Of a DNA stretch of 12,488 nt, positions 7,312-12,488 are shown one piece after another. Below the pieces are notes generated by a model. That model was given only the letters and a program-made list of their open reading frames with translations. It was not told the DNA's origin and ran no database searches. The translations under genes were made by a program, and so were the position numbers. Numbering within the stretch: position 1 is the stretch's first letter; each line of letters begins with the position of its first letter. Source of the DNA: Candidatus Micrarchaeota archaeon (GTDB taxonomy: Archaea; Micrarchaeota; Micrarchaeia; Anstonellales; Anstonellaceae); NCBI GenBank assembly GCA_043810635.1, contig JBDRNY010000026.1:1-12488 (forward strand), written 5' to 3'.

Positions 7312-7326
7312 TCCTGCCGCCGGCGT
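7312..7326 (+). repeat. Exact 15-bp direct repeat (TCCTGCCGCCGGCGT) of the tRNA-Ser 3' end (7205-7219), 93 bp downstream. att-like remnant or relic of a decayed tRNA duplication.
   Basis: Identical 15-mers read directly. The intervening 7219-7259 also re-uses leader motifs found upstream of the tRNA (CGCTTCGC, GGC-AGTCC, CCAA, CAAGTTGA). Confidence 0.6.
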
Positions 7327-7412
7327 GTAATGATTTAACCATTTATAATTTGAGTTTTGGCGATTCAAAAGCTGTATAAACACAGTATGAGAAGCCCTTT
7401 TTAGGTGGTAAG

Positions 7413-8429
7413 ATGGGCAGTAAAGCAATTCTTGGTTTGATATTTCTGTCTTTGATGCTTTTTATTTTTGTTTCAGGCTGTACCCAGGAGGCATTTGCAT
7501 GCAACAAACCATATATCCAAGTAGGCTCGGAATGCTGCCTGGACCAGGATAGCAACGAAATATGCGACAAAGATGAACAGGGGCAGCAGCCTGCCGCACA
7601 AGGTGCAAATGCAGATGAAAATGCAATGGGTGCGACTGGAGATGAGGCAGGCTCTGCAAATGCCACTGCAGATGAGAATGCAATTGGCGCGGGCGAGGCA
7701 GGCGCTAAAGATGCCGGCGTAGGCGGGGGAGGGGCATTTGAGGAATGGAAAGCTCCTGACGGCTCAATCACGCTGCAGGTGCCTGCGGGCTGGAAACCAA
7801 GTGAGAAGCAGGTGGACACGTGCACTGTAAGCTGGGCTGTGCTAGACCCTGCAGGCACGAGCTCTGCCTACATGGACAACGAGATAATGGTTCTGAAGTC
7901 TGAGGATGCGCGGCAGATGTACAAAACATATGGCATGAGCGGGATTGACAATGCTCCTGTGAGCAGCTATCTTGGGGCAGAGCAGGCAGTGCAGCAAATT
8001 ATTGCGCCGCTCACCGGCGCAAGCAATGTGCGGATAATTTATACTGATGATGCGATGAGCCAGCAATTCTCGCAGGCTGTGTGCATTGCAGGCTTTGCAG
8101 CGTGCGATGCGCGGGTTTTCGAGGCTGCCTACCAGAGGAACGGAATCCTGATGAGGGGCAAATACTTTGTGCAGACTTATGATTTCGGCGAGGGCACCAC
8201 GTGGTGGATAAATATCTGGGGCTATACTTCGCCTGCTGAAGGCTGGGACAATTCCATTCCTGTGCTGGAAAGAACATTCACCTCGGTAAAATATACTGAT
8301 GAGTGGGCTGCCAAGTGCCAGAAGAACTCTGATGAAGCAAGCGCTGTGATTGGCGAAGTGGTTAAGAGCAGGCAGGCATCGTCAGAAAAGTCAGCAGAGG
8401 AGTGGGACAAGTATATTAGGGGCGGATAA
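7413..8429 (+). CDS. Secreted lipoprotein candidate of unknown function, GC-rich relative to its surroundings, with a Gly/Ala/Asp/Glu-rich repeat linker
   Basis: AGGTGGT SD lies 5 nt upstream of the ATG. The signal peptide MGSKAILGLIFLSLMLFIFVSGC has a lipobox-like VSGC. The linker has near-tandem repeats ADENAMGATGDEAGSANAT / ADENAIGAGEAGAKDAG, followed by a Cys-containing globular domain. Composition is visibly GC-richer (roughly 55-60% by eye) than flanking genes. Confidence 0.75.
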   Translation: MGSKAILGLIFLSLMLFIFVSGCTQEAFACNKPYIQVGSECCLDQDSNEICDKDEQGQQPAAQGANADENAMGATGDEAGSANATADENAIGAGEAGAKDAGVGGGGAFEEWKAPDGSITLQVPAGWKPSEKQVDTCTVSWAVLDPAGTSSAYMDNEIMVLKSEDARQMYKTYGMSGIDNAPVSSYLGAEQAVQQIIAPLTGASNVRIIYTDDAMSQQFSQAVCIAGFAACDARVFEAAYQRNGILMRGKYFVQTYDFGEGTTWWINIWGYTSPAEGWDNSIPVLERTFTSVKYTDEWAAKCQKNSDEASAVIGEVVKSRQASSEKSAEEWDKYIRGG

Positions 8430-8483
8430 ATGCAACCCTTCCTTGCGCCAGCGCTCTCCTTCATTTAATAATATAGTGCCCCC

Positions 8484-8520
8484 AACCGGCGACTTGCATG
8501 TTTTTTGGCAAATCGGTTTG
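8484..8520 (+). terminator. Imperfect hairpin plus T6 tract downstream of the lipoprotein gene (terminator candidate)
   Basis: CAACCGGCGACTTGC ... TTTTTT ... GGCAAATCGGTTTG is an imperfect inverted repeat with an oligo-T in or after the loop, about 55-90 nt past the stop at 8429. Confidence 0.3.
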
Positions 8521-8668
8521 TAAATATTAGGCAACCAAAAAACTGCGAAAAATTTGCATAACAAAATTTCTTTTGCCTGGGAGGGCGAAAGAAAATTTTT
8601 GTTTATTAGGGAGGCTGATTGAATGGTGCCTTTTGGAAAAAGTATTTCTTCTTTTTTTATTTTATTTC

Positions 8669-8693
8669 TTATTTTTCTTCAATAAAATCCTCA
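8669..8693 (+). repeat. Direct repeat copy 1 (TATTTTTCTTCAATAAAATC[C/T]TCAA) flanking the COG1373 ATPase cassette
   Basis: A 20-nt exact match, extending to 25 nt with one mismatch, to 10479-10503. Both copies are preceded by T7-ATTTT runs. Confidence 0.5.
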
Positions 8694-8817
8694 AGCATCT
8701 GCCTTGCAACGGGGTCTGAAAATTGTTTTGGGGGGTGTTTCATAAAATAAGCTGAAGGCGCTTCAAGAGGGCCGGCAATCCCCCTGTCAAGGGCGATTTG
8801 AGCGCAATGCCCATTTC

Positions 8818-10083
8818 CTAATTCCCCTTCCCAAGAAGAAACTCATATACCGGCATATATTCAAGCTTTATCGGCTTTGAAACTTTTTTTCTGAAATTTT
8901 TGGTAATTACCATGGCTTTCTTGCATTTGTATTTTTTGCAGAAAAGCACAAGTGCGTTTTCCCGCTCTGGCTTTGCCCTGTATTTTATTTCCACAGGCAT
9001 AATTCCCTTTGCGCCGGCAAGGATCATGTCAATCTCGTTTTTGCGCTTGTCTCTCCAGAAATATTTTGCACCAGAGCGGAGTATGCAGACTGCCTCCACA
9101 AGCTTTGAAAAATATTCCTCCCCCCCATGGCCGGAAAGCGCGGGGCTTAAGAATGAGGGATAATACTTCTTGAGCCTTTTTTCCGAAGTTGCCCTGTTCC
9201 TTGAAAAGTTGTAAAGCTTTTTTACAAGGTGCGCGCGCTCAAGGTAGTCAAAATACTTGGATACAGTCTGCCTTGATATTCCAAGCTCGCGGGAAAATGA
9301 GTCAAAATCAACCACCATGCCGGGGTTGTCTGCCAATATGTTGAGCATGGAAATGAGGATTTGCGGATTTTCTATGGGGTATAATTTTTTCATGTCCTTG
9401 AAAACAATCTTCTCCACTACTGAATCCTTGATATAATCCCTCACAAGGGCGGCATCTTTTTTCCCTATAATCTCGGGGAAGCCCGCGCACATAACATAGC
9501 CTTCAAATTCCGCCCTCAACTCCGCATCATAAACAAGCGGCTTTTTTGCAAGCCCTTCTTTTCCCCTGAATTTAAGGTATTCTGCAAAAGACAATGCCTC
9601 AACCTCGAATTCGTAAATCCTTCCTGCAAGGCTTTCGCGCGAACCTTCAAGCAGGAAAAGGGATTCTGAGCCGCTGGCAAATATCCTGTATTTTCCGCTG
9701 TCATACAAAACTTTGACTTTTTCAGCCCAATTTCCAAGCTTCTGCACCTCGTCAAGCAGGAGGAATTTCGGCTCCCTGCCGTGCATTGCCATAAATTCGT
9801 CTATTATCTCAAGAAGCTCTCCCCCCGCAAAATCATCAAATGAAAAATACATAATGGAATCGGGGGGGTTTGTTTTCAGCAGGTCGGATATTATCTTGTT
9901 GAGCAACGTGCTTTTGCCAACCCTTCTCAGGCCGCACAATGCGATTATCTGCCTCTCACCCATCCTTTTGGATATCTTTTTATATATCTCCCGCTCCACA
10001 TAGGCAAATTCATGCTTCCCTTTCCAAAAGGGGTTGAATTCTACCAACATCCTTCTTATTTTTTCGTTAATTTTAATCACCAT
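8818..10083 (-). CDS. AAA+ superfamily ATPase of the COG1373 type (AAA_14 + DUF4143 architecture), function unknown
   Basis: Walker A GLRRVGKST and Walker B FLLLDEVQ in the N-terminal half. The C-terminal region (…YFWRDKRKNEIDMILA…VEIKY) is typical of the DUF4143 domain of this archaea-abundant, usually multi-copy family. Clean ATG at 10083. Confidence 0.85.
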   Translation of the reverse strand: MVIKINEKIRRMLVEFNPFWKGKHEFAYVEREIYKKISKRMGERQIIALCGLRRVGKSTLLNKIISDLLKTNPPDSIMYFSFDDFAGGELLEIIDEFMAMHGREPKFLLLDEVQKLGNWAEKVKVLYDSGKYRIFASGSESLFLLEGSRESLAGRIYEFEVEALSFAEYLKFRGKEGLAKKPLVYDAELRAEFEGYVMCAGFPEIIGKKDAALVRDYIKDSVVEKIVFKDMKKLYPIENPQILISMLNILADNPGMVVDFDSFSRELGISRQTVSKYFDYLERAHLVKKLYNFSRNRATSEKRLKKYYPSFLSPALSGHGGEEYFSKLVEAVCILRSGAKYFWRDKRKNEIDMILAGAKGIMPVEIKYRAKPERENALVLFCKKYKCKKAMVITKNFRKKVSKPIKLEYMPVYEFLLGKGN

Positions 10084-10094
10084 AAAGTAAACTA

Positions 10095-10114
10095 TGTGTT
10101 AATTATACTTAACA
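10095..10114. promoter_or_regulatory. Palindrome GTGTTAA-ttatac-TTAACAC overlapping a TATA-like element 12-31 bp upstream of the ATPase start codon
   Basis: Perfect 7-bp inverted repeat read directly. On the minus strand it reads GTATAATTAAC, a plausible TATA box for a short-leader transcript of the ATPase gene. Confidence 0.35.
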
Positions 10115-10181
10115 CAAAGTTAAAAAGGCTTTCGGATGCTGGCTGAAGGGCCGATTATTGAGCCTCCTATTCCTGCCTAAC

Positions 10182-10239
10182 ATTTTGTAACTATTCTTTT
10201 ACAAAATACCTGCTTTTTGTAATATCAACTTTACAAAAT
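10182..10239. promoter_or_regulatory. Tandem pair of 9-N8-9 palindromes: ATTTTGTAA-N8-TTACAAAAT (10182-10207) and TTTTTGTAA-N8-TTACAAAAT (10214-10239), about 32 bp centre-to-centre. Candidate double operator.
   Basis: Half-sites are exact reverse complements (second site has one variant base in the left half). The spacing of about three helical turns is typical of cooperative dimeric transcription-factor sites. Located 100-155 bp upstream of the ATPase gene and just upstream of the structured region 10290-10445. Confidence 0.45.
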
Positions 10240-10289
10240 GCAAATATATGCCGCTTTATTTGTGCGGATTTTTGTACTGAGAATTTGCA

Positions 10290-10445
10290 GCATGTTATAG
10301 CAAACCACGAAAGTTTTACGAATTTCCTGCTTTGCTTCTGCCTCGTGGTTTGCTAGGTTGCAGGCCGCATTACGGCAAACCAGAAGAGGTTTGCCGGGCT
10401 GCAGGACGCTTAAGCGGACTGCAGGACTTTGGCGGACTGCAATAA
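10290..10445 (+). other. GC-rich, highly structured non-coding segment (candidate sRNA gene) with nested GCAAACC-based hairpins and tandem GCGGACTGCAGGAC-like repeats
   Basis: Hairpin A is GCAAACCACGA (10303-10313) / TCGTGGTTTGC (10343-10353). Hairpin B is GGCAAACC-agaaga-GGTTTGCC (10374-10395). Three degenerate tandem units contain CTGCAG (10396-10442). An AAATATAT TATA-like element precedes at about 10242-10249 and long oligo-T tracts follow (10455-10490). Only short, mutually overlapping ORFs cross it. Confidence 0.3.
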
Positions 10446-10478
10446 TTTGCATTTATTTTTTTCTAATTTTTTTATTTT

Positions 10479-10503
10479 TATTTTTCTTCAATAAAATCTT
10501 CAA
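10479..10503 (+). repeat. Direct repeat copy 2 (TATTTTTCTTCAATAAAATCTTCAA), partner of 8669-8693
   Basis: See copy 1. The two copies bracket about 1.8 kb containing the ATPase gene, its palindromic promoter region, the double operator and the structured non-coding region. Confidence 0.5.
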
Positions 10504-10715
10504 CCCGACATATGCAGAAGACAATGATTATAGTACATACGCATCTCGCCAGAGCGGATTGCCTTCGGTCTATTATAGTTATTCCACTTCAATACCTTCA
10601 GGCATGACTGCTGCAACATGGCATGTAAAACACGGAGATATTGCCGCATATGACATAACTCTGGTATCGTCCTGCAGAAATCAAAATCCAATACAACTTA
10701 GAATTAGGAAACTAT

Positions 10716-10949
10716 TTATTGCAGCTTTTTCAATATTGCACCTAAGAGGATAACAAGCCCAATTATTATCAGTATTGAAGGGCATATGGGAACATTAAAG
10801 CTCCACCATGCAAGCTCTTTTCCGAACCAATATAATCCAATAAGGGATATCGCAACTCCTACGAGAATGCTTCCCCAGCTTATACGAGTGCTATGATGCC
10901 ATTTCCATCCCCTTTCCCATTCTCTAAAATCCATCTGTTTTTTTACCAT
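10716..10949 (-). CDS. Small membrane protein (77 aa, two predicted TM helices), co-operonic with gvp genes
   Basis: ATG at 10949 is preceded on the minus strand by GTGGTGTT (GGTG SD) with correct spacing. It has two hydrophobic stretches and an 8-nt gap to the upstream gene. Confidence 0.5.
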   Translation of the reverse strand: MVKKQMDFREWERGWKWHHSTRISWGSILVGVAISLIGLYWFGKELAWWSFNVPICPSILIIIGLVILLGAILKKLQ

Positions 10950-10957
10950 AACACCAC

Positions 10958-11170
10958 CTACTGTTGCTGTCGCATTCTAAAATATTTATAACCAAACCAG
11001 AGGGCGATTATCCCCGTTACTGTCCAAAATATGCTAAAGATAAGAAGAACAACCTGCGGGATGCTGCTCCCGCCAGGAACCGCTAAAAGCAGCGCACCAG
11101 TTGCAATCGCTGCCAACCCAAAGAAAAGCGCAATCTCTGGAGATTGCTGTGTTATCGGCAAATTTTCCAT
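10958..11170 (-). CDS. Small membrane protein (70 aa, two predicted TM helices), co-operonic with gvp genes
   Basis: ATG at 11170 is 1 nt after the stop of the GvpA/J-family gene. Hydrophobic segments are ALFFGLAAIATGALLLAV and VVLLIFSIFWTVTGIIALWFGY. Confidence 0.55.
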   Translation of the reverse strand: MENLPITQQSPEIALFFGLAAIATGALLLAVPGGSSIPQVVLLIFSIFWTVTGIIALWFGYKYFRMRQQQ

Positions 11171-11171
11171 A

Positions 11172-11426
11172 CTACACCACCACCTCGACCTTTTTATCCT
11201 TTTTTACCTCTTCATCCGCCATCTCCATCCGTATTTTTTCATCCAAATCTTCCATCATGCCATAGCTTATCATAGTGTCCATATTGGCAAGAGCAGCCCT
11301 TAAATTGATTCCTAATAGTGGAACACCGGCAAGGGTTACAACAACATCTGCTTGAATGACAATCCCTTTGTCGAGGACCCTGCCCAGCAAGTCCACAAGC
11401 GCAGAATTTTCATCTTTCAATTCCAT
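11172..11426 (-). CDS. Gas vesicle structural protein of the GvpA/GvpJ/GvpM family (acidic C-terminal tail, more GvpJ-like)
   Basis: Core LVDLLGRVLDKGIVIQADVVVTLAGVPLLGINLRAALANMDTMISYG aligns with the GvpA consensus (LAEVLDRVLDKGVVVDxWxRxSLVGIEILTVEARVVxASVDTxLxYAE). The ATG at 11426 is preferred because the longer track start at 11477 is TTG. Confidence 0.8.
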   Translation of the reverse strand: MELKDENSALVDLLGRVLDKGIVIQADVVVTLAGVPLLGINLRAALANMDTMISYGMMEDLDEKIRMEMADEEVKKDKKVEVVV

Positions 11427-11748
11427 CCAGATCCAACTCGAAAAATGTTTGATAAATTTCACTAAGCCAATTGTCAACTTTTCTTATAGCAATATAATTA
11501 ACCCGCCCTCCCGAAACGATTTGGAGCTGCTTAACCATTTTTGAGAGTATGCATTTTCTTTTTACGATATCAACCTTTTCCAAGTCTTCCAAATATCTTT
11601 GAAAGGTAACTTTTTCACCTTGAGCAAAGATAAGCCTTCTGGTTGTCAAATGAAGGTAGCCTGGCTTCCAGGAAACCATCTGCTGAAATAACCCCTGGTC
11701 CCGGAGTACTAGCTCCTCGTTTTCTAAAGGCCTTAGTTTTTGAAACAT
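11410..11748 (-). CDS. Hypothetical protein (112 aa) with a bacterial-PH/GRAM-like signature (GYLHLTTRRLIF), embedded in the gvp operon
   Basis: ATG at 11748 is 9 nt after the GvpF/L stop, and the 3' end overlaps the GvpA/J-family start by 17 nt. The G-x-L-x-LT-x-R-x-IF pattern resembles bPH_2/DUF304-type PH domains. This assignment is tentative. Confidence 0.5.
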   Translation of the reverse strand: MFQKLRPLENEELVLRDQGLFQQMVSWKPGYLHLTTRRLIFAQGEKVTFQRYLEDLEKVDIVKRKCILSKMVKQLQIVSGGRVNYIAIRKVDNWLSEIYQTFFELDLDGIER

Positions 11749-11757
11749 GTTTATGCC

Positions 11758-12488
11758 TCATAAAAATGAATACGGAGCCCAAGGCCCGGTTATGCGGCCG
11801 GAAAGATTGTTAAAATCATCCATTTTTTCCAATTCTTCCTTAAATTGTGCGGCATTTTCTTTTTGTATAAGGCAAGAAACATTTAGCAGCATAGTTTTTC
11901 CATCTGCTTTCCTTGTTTTTCCGGAGCGCATATCACTGCAACAATTTTTTATTATGGATTGCACTTCTTTTGCGAGCTCGCTGGTTTTTTCCCCAAGTTC
12001 CTTTTTAACCACGCTTTCAAATGTCTGCTTGCACAGGTATGCATGGCCTGGCGAATCTGCTGCTTCCATTTTCTTTTTCAATTCGGCCACTCTCTCATTT
12101 TTATTAAGAATGTCCTGAAGAAGCCTTTCCCTGTCCATAAATACTTGAACACCATATTCCTGCTTGCCTCTAAGCTCGTTTAGTTTTCTTTCTAAATCAG
12201 GATGCTGCTCTTCAAGCCATTTTTGCACAGCCTCGTTTGACCCGCTATCTTTCTCTTTTATTATGGTGTCAAACCTCAAAGGAACAGCCGCGTTGAATTT
12301 ATTAAAGGCGAGATCAATGACGCTATTGTGGGCCTGTGCATAATTAATAATAACATTTTCATCCTTTGAATCATAGGCTTTAGGAAGGCAATTATGCACT
12401 ACTGCGCTTATGCCCAAATGTGGAATTGTATATACATTGTTTTCTTCTATGCCAATTTTGCCAAGGCTGATAAAATCGCCAGTATCAA
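11758..12488 (-). CDS. Gas vesicle protein GvpF/GvpL family (5' end beyond window)
   Basis: The C-terminus ...SGRITGPWAPYSFL matches the conserved GvpF/L terminal motif (GPWPPYSF). The coiled, charged central region is typical. The frame stays open past the TTG at 12417 to the window edge (upstream residues ...DFISLGKIGIEENNVYTIPHLG resemble the GvpF N-terminal beta-strand region). Confidence 0.85.
   Translation of the reverse strand, partial: DTGDFISLGKIGIEENNVYTIPHLGISAVVHNCLPKAYDSKDENVIINYAQAHNSVIDLAFNKFNAAVPLRFDTIIKEKDSGSNEAVQKWLEEQHPDLERKLNELRGKQEYGVQVFMDRERLLQDILNKNERVAELKKKMEAADSPGHAYLCKQTFESVVKKELGEKTSELAKEVQSIIKNCCSDMRSGKTRKADGKTMLLNVSCLIQKENAAQFKEELEKMDDFNNLSGRITGPWAPYSFL

Noticed and set aside
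7343-7858. 171-aa minus-strand ORF rich in Ala/Pro/Ser
   Set aside because: It overlaps the plus-strand 7413..8429 gene, which has a strong SD, a signal peptide and coherent composition. The minus-strand ORF is the typical antisense shadow of a GC-rich gene.
10231-10753. ORFs 10231..10452 (-), 10358..10753 (+) and 10500..10691 (-)
   Set aside because: They are mutually overlapping, lack SD or ATG context, and cross the hairpin-dense GC-rich region and T-tracts. They are better explained as non-coding structured sequence. Whether a small gene exists at 10500-10700 is unresolved.
1-12488. CRISPR arrays, rRNA genes, transposase/IS elements
   Set aside because: I scanned for regularly spaced direct repeats of 25-40 nt with unique spacers, rRNA-like conserved stretches and transposase-like ORFs and found none. 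The only regular repeats are those reported above.

Overview
This window reads as an archaeal chromosomal segment of roughly 40% GC (estimated by eye). Archaeal markers are an FtsZ gene, two tRNA genes without encoded CCA (one split by a 50-nt intron at the canonical 37/38 position), a Dph6/MJ0570-type PP-loop ATPase, GGTG-type Shine-Dalgarno motifs and twin-arginine signals. Housekeeping genes (ftsZ, tRNA-Ala(CGC), dph6-like, a 2Fe-2S ferredoxin, tRNA-Ser(UGA)) are interleaved with accessory-looking genes. These are a Fic/DOC protein (possibly 5'-partial), a Tat-secreted CAP/SCP/PR-1 domain protein, a markedly GC-richer lipoprotein gene next to the tRNA-Ser, a COG1373-type AAA+ ATPase (AAA_14 + DUF4143) bracketed by 20-25 bp direct repeats, and the 3' part of a gas-vesicle operon (GvpF/L, GvpA/J-family, a PH-like protein and two 2-TM mini-proteins). 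The observations I would look at first are (i) an exact 15-bp copy of the tRNA-Ser 3' end 93 bp downstream of the gene, with leader-like sequence repeated, abutting the GC-rich gene; (ii) the ATPase cassette with flanking direct repeats, a tandem pair of 9-N8-9 palindromes and a GC-rich, hairpin-dense non-coding stretch that looks like an sRNA gene; (iii) the unusual make-up of the gvp operon. All calls come from reading the sequence and from motif recall; no database searches were run.
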